Below are positions 26,361 through 40,622 of a DNA stretch of 64,000 nucleotides, piece by piece. The stretch is from assembly GCA_965153455.1 (NCBI GenBank), contig OZ234493.1, forward strand, positions 14,498,213 through 14,562,212, written 5' to 3'. Origin of the DNA: Sphagnum compactum (lineage: Eukaryota). The notes under the pieces are model-generated. The model did not search any database. It saw only the letters and a program-made list of their open reading frames with translations, and was not told where the DNA came from. Numbering within the stretch: position 1 is the stretch's first letter; each line of letters begins with the position of its first letter. The position numbers were made by a program, and so were the translations under genes.

Positions 26361-27325
26361 TGAAACATATATATGTTTTATCAAAATATAAAAGGTAAGT
26401 AAGGGATCATAATAAACCCTCTTTATAATCACGCCCATTTTAGTCACATTCTTGTTTGTGTCACACATTTTTTGGTAACCATGCATTTTATAAGAAACAT
26501 CATTCTTTATAGTCACTATCACACTCATTAGTAGCACAAAATATTTATAAAAGCTTTGTTTGTAAAATGTGACCATAATGAGGAAATTTAGGACAATGTA
26601 AATTGTAGTTCCCTTTGACATTGTTAGTGTTGTTTTGTGTTCAAGTTATGCAAACTAACAACAATGAATCTAGTTGAAGAGAAAAGAAAAAAACAACTTT
26701 CCAATGCAAACAAGCAAAAGATGTGCAAACTTGCCCAAAAAAAAAGCAGAAAATCTTAATTAAAAAATCTAGTTGACAAGATACACAAGCTAATAGTTAA
26801 GGAGCTCAAACTCAATGTAAATCGTAACATTAAAATTGATGAAAATCACAACCTTCTTCTAGCATGGTAAAGTTTAAAGTAACCCATGTAAAAAATTTAA
26901 ACAATTGGCACCTTTATTTTAGCATAAAAGAGCTATTTTTTGTAAGGTTTTTTTTTTGCTTATACTCACAATCTTGTAAGGGTTTATATGGAATGTGATT
27001 ATACATGTTTAAATCACAATTCATTAGTGTCACAAAACAAGTGATCACGAAGGCGGTGCTTATAAAGGGGTTTTACTATAGTTGTTACCTTGTAGGCAAG
27101 GCTAAGATGTAGGTCAGTAGGGTAGCTAGGTGGGAGGGTACTATGGAGGTCAGGGTTGAGAAAAAATTAGCAACACAAAAAAATGCACAAATGTCAACAG
27201 CCAAAAAAGATTGACTGTAGTAGAATGCTGGTTAACATAAGGTACAGAGGCAGATGAAAAACACAGCCCATACAATGGACAGAACGGCCAACTGGTGCAG
27301 TCATGGGGGATGCTTCACTCTCGCC

Positions 27326-28143
27326 CTAGCCATTAACAAGTTGAAATTGACAGCACCGAAACTGGAAGCACCAGATGGCCACCTGTCCCGCCTAAGAAAA
27401 AGCCTGAAAAAGTGTCAGAATAGGTACACCCACAACAGTTATGGTGAACTCTCTTCATTTATCCTGACTGACTAGATCCTTGCAATTATGTGCAGGCCCT
27501 AGGGTAGGGTCCATGTGCAACCGCCTCAAATGGCGTAAAGATGGCCAGAACGAACCAGCACCGATCAGATGGATGGATGGATGGATGGTACCTGGATAGG
27601 AAACACTTTTCGGTTGGGGTCAAGTTCCCTAGTTGTTGCTGCAGCAACTCCCCTAGGATCTATCATTGTTGGAGTGGGTACCACAGTAGATGAAAAGGGT
27701 AAAGAGGCAGATGAAAAACACAGCCCATACTATGGACAGAGCGGCCAACTGGTGCAGTAATGGGGGATGGTTCACTCTGGCCCTGGCCATTAACAAGTTG
27801 AAACTGACAGCACCGGAAGTGGAACCACCAGATGGCCGCCTGCCCCATCTAAGAAAAAGCCTGAAAAAATGTCAGAATAGGTACATCCACACCAGTTATG
27901 GTGAACCCTCTTCATTTATCCTGACTGACTAGATCCTTACAATTATGTGCCAGGCCCTGGGGTAGGGTCCATGTCCAAGCGCCTCATATGGCGTAAAGAT
28001 GGCCAGAGCGAACCAGCACCGACCAGTAGGATGGATGGATGGTACCTGGATAGGAAACACTTTTCTGTTGGGGTCAAGTTCCCTAGCTGTTGCTGCAGCA
28101 ACTTCCCTAGGATCTATCATTTGCTGGAGTGGGTACCACAGTA
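27326..28143 (+). repeat. ~1.8 tandem copies of the ~457-bp unit
   Basis: The spurious ORFs MKNTAHTMDR... recur at 27254, 27690 and 10631; period about 457 bp. Confidence 0.9.
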
Positions 28144-28148
28144 GTAAC

Positions 28149-29005
28149 CAGTCCTGGCTGGTTACCCAGGTGCACCAGGATCGGCTCCGGTCCAGTTTCA
28201 GGTCTCATTTCTACAACCAAATGGAACTAGAACTAGATCAAGTAGGGCCGGTTATGGAACCATATTGGAACCACCCCCGAGTTATGGCATTGCAGGTAAT
28301 TGGAATCCGATCTGGAGCTCATGTGAGAACCAGAATTGGATCAAGATTTCCAAAGTCATTTCAGAACTGGAATTGAATTGAGATTTTTTTTTAATCCGGT
28401 TCTAAATTTAAGGTTTAAGGAGGTTTTTGCTTTCTGAAGAAGTTGAAGCTTCTTTGTGGCTAAGCTCTTTGGCATTTATTCTTTCTTCAAGTTTTCATGT
28501 CTAAAAAGGGCCATGAATTCCTAGATTGAGGTGCTTCAAGTTTTGTTCGAAAATTTCATGTGCAAGAAATAAGACATCATTGAAACTTGACTTCAAAATT
28601 GAAGTTTTTTTTTCAAGGTGCCCTTTTCAAGCTCCTAACATTAATTTCACACTTGACATAATTTTATTTTTCTTTGGAATAAAAGTTCAACTTTTAAATT
28701 TTCTTTGCATTGTCCATTTTGATATTTTGGATGTTGGCATTGGAATCGAAGGTTATCTAGAACTTGGGGGTACTTAATTGCGAGCCATAACCAGTCTAAC
28801 TTGAATTTTTTAAAAAAAATTCAAAACTATTCACCTAATTAAAAAAGTAGAACCAAAAGCAAGTCCCATATTTGAAATAAAAAAGAATTGAAATTAAATT
28901 GCTACTAGTCCCTTCCAAAAGTTAAAAATTAGATCTAGTCCTTTCAAAAATGTTACAAACCAAAATTGGGGGTTCCCACTAGAACTAGGGAACTAACCAA
29001 CATTG
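28149..29005. mobile_element. hAT MITE related to 901-1902
   Basis: Ends CAGTCCTGGCTGGTTACC / GGAACTAACCAACATTG. Interior matches the first copy (ATTGAGGTGCTTCAA.TTTTGTTC.AAAATTTCA...CTTGACTTCAAA; GAATAAAAGTTCAA). Flanks do not form a clean TSD. Confidence 0.7.
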
Positions 29006-32000
29006 GTGATACTTAGTGTTAGGAAGTTTTCATAATTGGGGTGAAAATTGGGGAACTTTTCAAGTCAAGTCTCATCTTGAGAATTGAAGGATATCATAGT
29101 TAGTGACATCATTTTTGAATCTCAGTTCTCACTTGTTTGTTGTTTTTGTTTTACTTAAGGCTCACTTGTTTGTTTGAAGAAGATTTATTCATTTATTGTT
29201 ATTCCTTTGGTGGTTAGATCTTTTAATTGTTTATTTCTTGTCAATTTTTTTTGGTTTTGTTGTTGCTCAAAGTTTTCATCACTTTGATATGGAATTGTTC
29301 ATTTTTTTCTCTTCTCCTTGGCACTTATTGTGGTTGGTCCCCCAACATTGGTGTTTGTAGGTCCTTGGCATCGTTGGGTACAATCCAGATAAAAGAAACA
29401 CCTATGGAATGTAATTTCTATTTAATTTCTATTACAGCAAGTGGTTGGTCGGTTAGCATAATGTTGAAATTTTTTTGATGAACTTGTAAAATAATATTTT
29501 TCAATGTATTATGATAACATTTGTCAAAATTTGAATGAATTTAATGAGTATGAAATATTCAAAATCACTTTTAAAACAACATAAAGAATGTTTTTTTTGT
29601 TACTTAAAAGATTTTAAAAAAGACTTGAAATGATTTGAAAATGACATGTTGATTGGAATTTTTTTATGTGCACCTTTACATTATATTATAATGCAACATC
29701 TTTATTATTCATAAGAATTTTCAAATTTTAAAAGTTAATTTGTAAACCACGATTTTAAACATATTTTGCTAAATATTCCATTATTAAGGATTTTACAGAT
29801 TCAATACTTGTTTTAGATTGACTTATTTTATCTTGATTGTACCTTGTTGTTCTTTGTGTTTGAGGCATTTGTAGGGCATCCTTGACACATTACTACTGAT
29901 GTCCTTGATGTGTTGTTTTCCCTAGTGCCTTGTTCCATGTTCTCCTTAATGCCCAATGCATTTTTTGCTCTCTTTGACAATATTCTTGTTATTTCATTTA
30001 TGAAACACTATAACGTTGTCCTTGATGCAACTTTCATTCTTTCATCCCTAATGCCATTACTCCACATTCATATGTGTGGGCTCAACATTATTGCGAAGTC
30101 ACCTTTGACGTTGGTCCATTGTTGTGTGTTTGTCCCCAATATTGCTCCTCCTAGACATCTTAGGTATGTGGAGTACTTAGTTTATCTCCTCCAAGTTTGT
30201 TGCTCACTTTTCCCCCAACACTACTATCCCCCTCCCCCTTTTTTTACCTTGTGCAAGTTTGGAGTATAAAATGGAACTACACCTTTGATCTTGGGAGTTT
30301 TATAAGCTACAACTTCAAAGCTTCATATGAAATGTAAAATTTATTTGCATATTTTAGTTTATTTTATTTCTAGTTTTCTTTTGTTGTTGCTTTGATTTGA
30401 TTTTTTGGTTTGTTTCATTTATTTGTCTATTGTGTCTTTCATTTTCATTTTAGACTATTTTTTGTATTCTGAAAAAGAGGGAAAGGGGTAGGAATAAGTT
30501 TTGATTATTCTTTTTAATCTGCAAGTAAATGTGGTGTTTTTTATCTTTTAGAATTGTTTAGATTTATTTGTTAGATTTATTTATTTTTGTGACTTGTACA
30601 TCTTCTTCAATTTCTTCACCCTTGGTTTAATTAACCATTTTTTGGGAAAAATGGAAAAGTCCAATCAAAATGAAAACAAACAAAAAAATGAAATATTTGA
30701 TACATTCATTAATGAAGCAACGATTGAAAAAAATAAAGAACAAAAGTTTGAAGAAAATCCCATTTGATTTCTCCCTTTACTCAATTTAGGTTTACATTAC
30801 ATGACAATTCTCTTTTACCTAGGATTGATTAAATAGTAACTAGTTTGATATCCCTTCCGTATTCCATCATCGAGGTGGATAATACCCCAATGGACTTACA
30901 CCTTGGATTTGTAAATATTCTGCCAAATCTCATGTAACTTGGACTATACACATATTGTTGGCCTTCCATTTAAGAAGCTCCAAATGCCTAGCCTATTAAA
31001 ATGTTGGACTATGTCATAGAATATTTGATTTCCAAGTTCTCTTTGACAAGTTAATTCTTCCATTGAAAGTTGGTTTATACCTTAAAGTTTTGTATTTAAC
31101 CATACAACATGGGGCTCCCCATATGATAGTTACCATCTTTGAGGTTAATTCATACGATTGTCACCGTCATTGAAACCTTGAACTTAGAATCATCATAAGG
31201 AGATGCAAATATGAATAACCAAATCACCATAAAGGACACATGAATATAATCGAGTATGATATTGGGGGCAATAGAACAAGCAATCCAATATATCATGGTG
31301 GAGATCTAGTAAACACATAAAAATAACCAAAAGGAATATTTATGGTGAATTGATGGTCATTGATTAATGTTCAACACTGGTCATCACATAACAAACCAAA
31401 TCCATGGGATAAGGTAGTGCAAATATGAATCTTAAGAGGTGAGAGTTGAAGGTAGCTTTTATGACACCACCACCTTATTACTCGCATCATTTGTTAACCA
31501 TTACTTGTAATATTATGTGACAATGTTAAAGATATTAAATTTATTAAATATGGCAAAAGATGAGACAAATGTACACCAAATTGTTTCAATTGTTTTTTGG
31601 TGGGTATTAATGAATCTATTTACATATGTCTTGTAGATTATTCTATAAGATTTAAGTTGGGGGCAAACTATAAAAATTTGAACATGGACATTGGACATTG
31701 AATTTATTGTTTTATAACTCTAAATTAGGGAAAGTTTTGCATGAAATGAAATGGATCTCAACTTTCAAGCAAACACGTATGAACTTTGAAAATTAGAAAC
31801 TTCAAATCAATTGAAATGTACTTTGATGCCTATTGTTCAAGGCTAAGGTAAATCATTCTACTATCTAAGGTACTTATTCAACCTTCCATTAATTAGCACA
31901 GGGTGCACCCATAGTTAGATTTTTTCCAATTTTTTACTGGGCCCTGCCCCCACAGGGAATTGTCGGATTGGATCCAGGTTTTGCAACTTCTACCTTATGA

Positions 32001-33036
32001 AAATCCGTTTCACATAAAGTGAACTGGTTTATTTGATGAAAATGTTTAGATTGTTTAGATTGAAACAAGTTTTTTTGTGTTGAAAGTGTGGACATGGTAG
32101 GTGGATGCAATGGGAAAATTCAATGAATATTGCATGTTCACCACATGGAAATTATATGTGGGAGATCTGCATGGAAATTAAAGTTTATTGATGCAAACTG
32201 TGCAACATCCTTGTGCACAAAAGTCTATGGATTTCAAATTAGCATAAATGTTTTGTAATGGAACATGATGTTTTGTTGCAAGTGTTTTATTCTTTTAAGG
32301 AAAATTGGTTATGAAACTATAAATTATGCTCTTTGCCATGTGATCTTTTGGCAGGCATTGTTGTTTCCCCTGGCACAATGTTATTGTTGTGTAGTATGGG
32401 GAATCATCTTTGACAAAACTAGTCACAAAGTATGCACCTACACATGCATTATGTAATCGATAGAAATATGCCTGCATTGAAGGAGATTCAACATTTGCTC
32501 CAAGGAGAAAAGGAAATCTCTTGGTTCAAGGTTTTGTGTGCAATTGCTAGTTTTCACAAAATTGGAAGATAGGATCTAATGAGTGTGGACCCTGAGGGAA
32601 CTTGGGTGTGGGGGCAATGGGACACACATGCAACCATCCATGGCATTTGGGTTGGCAACGAATGTCATAAGTGTTATATTGCTCGAATTTTGTTCCATTT
32701 ACACAAGTGCATGCCTTATGCGATTCTTGGTTGGTTTGTTCAATGGTAGCCTAACCCTTACTAAGTTTATTGATTCTAACATTTTTTTCTTTTAAATTTG
32801 ATTTCATAAACTATGTACCTCCATGATTTTGTGAAGTGTTTTTTGTGGTAGATCTTTATTTAATTTTGTCTACATTTTGTTTTAACGTACGACAATTTCA
32901 AGGACAAGAAAGGTGCCATCTTCAAATGTCAATGATGAACAAGTGGTCAAAGCTATGAAGAAAAGACTAAAAGTGGAGAGCCGACCCACTTATGGAAACA
33001 ACAACCCTCCACAACAACTTCCTTAAACCGTCCCAA

Positions 33037-33910
33037 TGTCGCAACCCTAACCTTGGGCTCGCAACCAAGGCAAGGGTTTGCAAAGGTGCGGGCCAAGAAT
33101 GAGCTCGGGAATCACATTTCATGCTCCCGAGAGTGCAAGAGAGTGCGAGGGATTGAACCCTCACACTCCCAAGTGACTTCCCATTTTGGGAGTTGGAGTT
33201 CCAATGGACTCTCAAATTTTCAGAGGGCAATTGTAGGGGTCAAAACTCATTGGATTGAAAAGTTCCTTATATCATTGAAAATCTCTTGGAACTTAGATGT
33301 CTAAAATGGGCTCACTGACCCATTTGGGTACCTAAAACACAAGTTATGGCCAAAAGAAGGGTCGGGAGTCAAATCGCCAATTTGACTCCCGACCACTAAA
33401 AGTCAGGAATCTCCCTGATTCTCTTGCATGTAGATGGTGTGCCACATACTGTTGAAAAGTTCTCGACGAAGGGCTACAACTTTGCTTCAGACCTCTTCTC
33501 AATTGGAGGTTTGCACACAAAGTTATGGGACTCCAAAGTCGCAAAAATCCCAATTTTGGGAATTTTGGGACTCCCACTTGGGAGTTCCAAGACAAAATAA
33601 CATTTGGGTGCTGGTCCAGTGGCTAGGCACATAATATACTATAAAGGGGAAGGTGATGGCTTACCCTAAATCTGGGCCATGGTAAGTCTTGTGAGTCTAT
33701 GTTTGCCCGTGGTTTGTCCTTGCACCAAAGGTCCTTCAACTCTACATTAACCAACTTGTGTGTGGTTTGTGCACGTCCGTGTTAATAATTGAATTGCTTG
33801 TCATTCTTCTTAGTCCCATCTCGGAGCTCCAGCACGCCCTTGTACCCTCGAAATGCTGCGAGCCAAGGAGCACCGCAACTCCTTCTCCTTCTGCTGTCTT
33901 CACCTTTGGA
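33037..33910 (+). mobile_element. Solo-LTR-like dispersed repeat, copy 3 (3' end truncated)
   Basis: Starts TGTCGCAACCCTAACCTTGGGCTCG and is collinear with 7941-8711 until CACCTTTGGA. Confidence 0.75.
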
Positions 33911-34289
33911 AATGATGCTTACCATCAAGAGTGTTATAAAGAGCTTTTGAATCCCAAGTGTGAAGTCGGTCAACATGAGAACAATATATGTTGATTGTCA
34001 CTCTGATTGATTCCATCTAAATTACAAGCATCAGTTGAACAAATGGTAGCTATTTCAACAATCATTCATTCACACAAAACATGTAGGGCGTCATATAAAA
34101 ATTTGTTTTGTTGGGTCTAGATGCGACATCAGCATTTGAAAACAACATGGAAGGGATAGATAACATACCAGAGAAGAAAGCAAGTCAAAAGTATAGAGAT
34201 GTAATGGGTGAGACAAACAGCTAGCAAGTGAATGTGAAGTTAGAACTAGAAAATGGCAATGTTTAAGGGGAAGGAAGGGAGAAAGATGA

Positions 34290-34312
34290 ATATATATATA
34301 TATATATATATA
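34290..34312. repeat. (AT)n microsatellite
   Basis: Visible directly. Confidence 0.9.
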
Positions 34313-36789
34313 GGTTCAATAGTAGTGCTGGTGGTGGAAAGACAACCATCAACTTTGCCAGAATCATGAAAGAGAAGGAAGAAGACGTATGTTCCCAAGG
34401 TATTCATCTTGATTCTCCTTGAAGAAATAAGGGTTTGTAGTTTTATGGCGTTTAGAAGGATGGCCTTCTACAAGATATCTATGTGATTAGGAGAGCAAAG
34501 GTGAAAAGGATAGTTATAAATGGTTTCTTACCATATTCCAATTGTATGCCAATCTAACAATAGATGAAAATGTTAGAGTTGTGATGAAACCACGTAAAAC
34601 ACACAAGGACTAAAACACTTTCCTCAAAACTAGGACCAAAGCCCATTAAGAAACAGTTAGAAACAATTGTTAAAGATGGAGATCTTACCAACCAAGGGAA
34701 GGAGCCCATTGTAGAAGATGAGGAAGATCAAGCTATGGAGATTAACAAAAGTTCACTACCCCTAAAACTCTGGAGTAAGAAAAAGGGAGTTCCAAAAAAG
34801 TTTGTAGTAGAAAAGGTTTTAACAATTGTTTTTGGTAGAGCTAGCCCACATGATGAATTATTGCAAAAGCCACCTCCCACATTATCCTCATACAACTCCA
34901 AATCTTGGGCCAGCAAATGTTATGGTTAATAATCCATGTTTGTATATTGCATCTACATGTTAGATTGGAAGTAGCACCAGATGGTTGAGTAATTGGAGGA
35001 ACAACTAGATAATGCTTGGGAAATGACTTTCTCATGAGAACATGTTCTTTTTGAAATGACAAATGCTCTTTAGGAACTTGAAGGAAAATTTGTTTTAAGT
35101 CCCATAGCAGAGGTGAAGGTTATTTTGGCTTGAAAAAAAATAAAAGAGGGAAAAATGTAAAACTAATAACAAAGCAGGAAAAAAATTCCAAAGGAAAAAA
35201 TACAAAAGCAGAAGAAGTTTGTAGTTCAAATTCATATGTACAATTGATAGTTTAGTTAGAGGATCACATTTTGAAACATCAATTGTAGAGTCTAATGAAT
35301 TTGTTCTTTTTGTGAACAAGAATTTAAATTGGACACATAGTATACTGATTTTTGAAAACTTACAACTTGAACTTGCAATTGAAACTTGAATATGTATTTA
35401 CTATAACTTATTTTGAAGTTGGAACTTTGTCTGAATTTGTCATGTTTTGGTCATTGAATCGGAGCTTGGATTACACAACTTATTTTGAAAACTTGCAACT
35501 TGATTTGAATTTGATTTGAACTTTCTCTTGCATTTGCATAATGGGCATGCTTCTTGGCCAGGACTCATTGGCATCTATTGGGATTTGTTTATGTGACTTA
35601 AATCAAATACAAATCAAACCTTGTCATTGAGAGAAAAAATTCAAAGGATTCATATTTAAATATTAATATTTTAAAATATTGGAAATTTAGAACTTATTTC
35701 GAAGTTGGAAACTTGTTTGAATTTGTAACTTTTTGTGGGAACTTTGATTGAATTTGTAATTTGTTGATTCAAAAACTTGTTTTGAAAAACTTATAATTTT
35801 GATTTGAAAGTCAAACCTTGTCATTGACAATGAAAATTCAAAGTATTAATATCTTTAAATAACAAAATATCATAAATTTTTTAAAAAGTTGAAAAACAAA
35901 TAATTTACAGAATTAAACTTCTAAAGATAATATTTGAAGTGTTTAGGTAACATTAAAAATAATAATTGAAATGAAATTGGAGAAATATTTTTCATATACA
36001 ATAAATTAATTAATTATTTAAGTATAATAAACGAAAATAAAATAAAATATATTTTGAAATAAAAGTTTAAGATTGATTTGACAAAAATAAAATGAAAATA
36101 AAATTATCTTAAAATTCAAGTAAAGATTTTTAAATTTTCAAATAGATTTTTGAATTTGAGATTCATAAATTTCAAACTGATAACCAATATTTTTAATATT
36201 ATTGCATTCAATTATTGGTTAGAATATGTGCAATGTTATGAATTACAAGAAGTGATGTGACAAGATGATATAAATTTTATTAACGTATTAAATAGGTTTT
36301 GAAATGCATCACAAACAATTAAAAACATACATTGTATGAATAATAATTGTTTGGAAACCCCACCAATGGACGACATTTTACCATATTATTTCACACTATG
36401 TTAAAACAACTATGCATAACAAAAATGTATTCCCAAACACATAAGTCAAACATTCACATTTTTAACATGTGATGTTCATGCTGAAACATGGCCATCTAAT
36501 TTTAAATCAGCAAATTTAACATCTCAAACATCTAGCTTACATTAAGAAATTTTAGTTTGAAAAACATTATTGGTGGAATTTTGTGCAAGGAATTACAGAA
36601 CATCAGATGGTCTTGTGAATGATGATGATGGAATTTTTGAAATATTTGCATAAAATATTTCAAAATCTTTAATCTGGATATATTTTCATAATCTTCAAAT
36701 TGGACATAATACATGAATTAAAAAATTACAAATCTATGAAAAATTCCCAAGGCTTGATAAACAATGGACATCAATCAAATGTAAAATTG

Positions 36790-38720
36790 TCGAAATACAA
36801 ATAAGGAGTAATCCTTCTCACACTATCACGAGAATGCAATTCAATTAGCTTCGGCATGCACTATACATCGTTCACAAGGGTTGATTTTTGATCATTTAAC
36901 ATTTGATTTGATTGCTGTGACAAAACATGGTTTAACATATATTGCATTATCAAGGGTTCATCCCAAAAAAAATTGTATTTACTTTTTCCATTATTAAATA
37001 ATTTTTTTGAAGTGGATCATTTTGTTCAAAAAGAAATGTTTCAATTATAAACAAATGCACAATATAAACTTGCTATTGTTTCTTTGAAGTCCTACCGTTC
37101 AAATTTTTTTATTATAGAATCTTTTAATACTCGTTCTTTAACATTACAATTTGAAGGTATTCTTGAGGATCCAAATCTATTAGCATCACATATTCTCTGT
37201 TTAAATGAAACAAGAATAAAAAATGTTCCTTTAAATTCAAAAATTTACAATGCTTGATCACAAAAATTCCATGTATTATCATGTTGTGATGAACATGACA
37301 CTATGGTACTTTATGATGACAATGTGTCATTGATAGAAAGCACAACAATCACAAATTATGGTCCTAAATTTATCATTGTGCATTTTAATGACAACACATG
37401 ATAAGCATTATACATAATTGCAATACATAAACCACCTAAAATGCAACTATCAATTTTAATTTGATCCTAGAAAACATTATACAAAAAATGCCTTCACATT
37501 GTCTGATTATAATAATTGGAGATTTCAATATAAAGTTTTTAACAAAAAAAAATCAATCATCAACATTACAAGCATTTATGAATAAATATAATTTTAAACT
37601 CACTTTTATTAAAAAACACCATTATTAATGATACACAAATAAATTACATGTGGACAAATGCACCAATACAACAATGTCATTTTGGAACAACAGAAGCATA
37701 TTGGATAGATCATAAACCCATTTATTTTGCTTTCAAATTACCCGATTATGTTCCCCAATTTGTGTTACCACACAATACCACAAAAGGAATGACTATTGTT
37801 ATATTTATGAAAAATATATATCATGAAAGCAACACTATATATAACAATTAAATAAAAGCTTCAGGCTTTTGTAAAATCGTTGTCAGTCCATTAATTTCAA
37901 AAAAAAAATTCATGATTGCAAATGCATATTGTTGCACACAACAATGACAACAAAATGTGTGTAACTATTTTTCCACTTATTGTAATTTTTTCACAATGTA
38001 TTTGTATACATACATAAATGCACATGTATAATATCTTATATATTGGCATGGCCAGTGTGTTTGTGACATCTTGGAATGTTATGTATGTTTGATGACATAC
38101 AAACAAATGTTTTTAGCATACATGCAAGACCTATGTGGGAAGCAAATACAGATGCATAGTATGTTCTAGATCCATATTTTGTTGTAGCTTCTTGCACTTT
38201 TTATTTAACAAAAGTAAACAAATCAATTACACAAGAAATGCAATCCATGTTAAGCAAATGTAGGCATGAACAATATGAAACATTCGAACGAATCAAAAAA
38301 TTAAAAAATACATTTTTAAATGCACAACAAATGTCTATTCAACAAGCAATGCACATATCATTATCAAATGAAAATCGTATATTTTAATTCAATTTTGAAA
38401 ATCATATTAAAAGACATGCTTAAAGATTATTTAACTATTTAATTGGAGATTTCAATATAGACATGTTAAAACAAACACCTCAATCAAAAACATTTCAAAA
38501 CCTTATGTACAAATACAAATTGAAACACATTTTTATTAAAAACACAACCATTACTAATACACAAATAAACCATATTTGGACTAATGCACCAACACAACAA
38601 TTTCATTTGGGAGTAGCACAAACATATTGCACAGACCATAAACCTATATATTTCACATTTAAATTACCATATTATGTTCCCCAATTTATTTTACCATACA
38701 TATATTACATATCAAACATA
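36790..38720 (+). mobile_element. Helitron/Helentron remnant: PIF1 helicase C-terminus + AP-endonuclease (EEP) domain + displaced Rep-region fragment
   Basis: QLASACTIHRSQGL..D...HGLTYIALSRV (PIF1 C-terminal motifs); SFNTRSL, ILCLNETRI, AIHKPP, IIGDFNI, WIDHKPIYF (EEP); WEANTDA.YVLDPY...YLTK...NTFLNAQQMSIQQA (Helentron Rep-adjacent). The EEP C-terminus is repeated at ~38440-38700. Heavily decayed. Confidence 0.8.
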
Positions 38721-40622
38721 TAACATGTATGTTTGTCAAACAAAATCCATCAATTGTCATTTAAATTGAAATTAAATTGTTACAAATTTATAGTTTCAAA
38801 ATAATAATTGAGTATTAAAATGTGAACCAAAAGAATTGTCAGTACGATATAATGGAACAAAAATAATAACAACAACAAATTCACTTTGAAATTACATACC
38901 TAGTTAATTATTCACATACTTATTTCAAAAAAAAAAAAGAATAAAATAAACAAACAACACAAATATACATACGTGCATATTTACCTATCTACATGTAAAT
39001 CTATTTATACAATTATACTATTAAATAGGCAGGGTCTGCATGTCACCAGGCCTTGTTTTCAGAAGGAGCCACATCGATTGGCCCATAGCCTATTTTTCAG
39101 AACATTGGGCACTCCCAATATAGAAGTCCTAGATTTGCGTCCCTCCCCAAAACTGCTTCCCATTGCACCCACAACCCCACCCCACCTTTACAATTTATAT
39201 ACATGGAAGTTGAACCATGGCCAAACCATATGGGATAAACTTGAGGTGCTGTTGGGAATGCCATAAGCGACACATTGGAACTTGGGGAACATATTGGGAA
39301 TCTTATGGGAACTCCTTGGGAACATACCCAAAGAAGTCCCCGGCCCCCTCCCCAAAAGAGAAAAAGTTAAACCCCCCAAGCCTTTTCATTAGCTGCATGA
39401 AAAATCTCTATTTCCTGAAGGGTTTGTCACCATTTTCAACCTGGGCTACTAGCCCCCATTATAGACTGGGGGCACTTATTTATTGGAGGTTTTGTCACAC
39501 CTCTTAGAGTACTCATGAGTCACAATCCACATATGAGAAAGTCAAATTGGGGTTGAACAATTGTTAGCAGAATCTTACCTTTCTTTTAACATCAGGTGGG
39601 CCAAGGTCTTTGTCAAATGGACTACTTGTTGCACACAACATTTCAACTGACCAAATTTTCAAGGTGTATTTAAGACCCACCTCTAATATCAATCTGTTTG
39701 GCTAAGCATGTTATCCAGTTATCAATTCAATTGTTTAGGATTAACTAAAACTCATCATGTTATGCATAAGAGTGGGGGGTTTACAAGACCCACTCTAACC
39801 ACCTAGCCTGTTGACAAGGTAGGTTTTGAAATCAACAAATACTTAAATTCAAGAGAGATGGATTTAAGGCATACAATCATAGCCACATATCCCATTTACA
39901 AGATTGGAATACAAGCCCAAAATGGAGAAGCACTGTCATCTGCAAACTTAGGGTTGAAGAGAGAATTAACTTATTGGGATGAATTATAAAGGAAAGGGAG
40001 GACACAAACAGGGTTTACATCCTTAACAAGGGGTGTGTCACACCGTGGCCTTGCCATTTACATCAAAAAGTATCTTAGGCAAAAGAAGAATTATGAAAAC
40101 TCAAATATTTCACCATGCAAAAATATAATCTTCAACAAATCCTCTGAAAGAAACCAAAATCCTTCAAGCTATTATAACTCTATAACTAATCTCAAGTTTC
40201 AACATAAGCCAAAATATTATCTTTCAAAAATCCTCATATAAAAATAGACCTATTATTACCTAGGGGCCAAAATCCCTTAAGCTACTATACTCTATAATGA
40301 ATCTAGGTAGGCGATGGCAACAAAGTCATATCAAGCCTAGTAGGGTTCTAGTTGGGTAGAAAATGCTACTAGATTGTAAGGGTCTCTGTCCTGTTCTGCA
40401 TTCATCTTAGATCCTTTTTGTATAGGGGAAGGCACTGCTGTACCTTCCCCTTTGTAACAAATGAGGAGATCTGACAGTTCACATCACCTTACACCCTAGC
40501 CCTAGGTTGCTTGCGCGCAAGATCCCCACTCCAGGAGGGAAAAAGAAATTGCACCTTGTAAAGCACCCTCAATTTCCACTAGGATACCTCTCCAAGGTAG
40601 TTAAGTTACTCATAACTATCCG

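Larger units (their letters stand above)
10787..27325. mobile_element. Large Mutator-like element (MULE) with ~240-bp TIRs and mirrored subterminal repeats
   Basis: 10787-11031 is the reverse complement of 27092-27325 (GGCCAGAGTGAACCAGCCCCCATGA...CAACCCTGACCTCCATA...CTTGCCTAC). TTGGCTAAACTT arrays at 11060-11520 are mirrored by AAGTTTAGCCAA arrays at 25890-26360. A MULE transposase pseudogene lies inside. No TSD resolved, so the two ends could belong to two copies. Confidence 0.65.
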
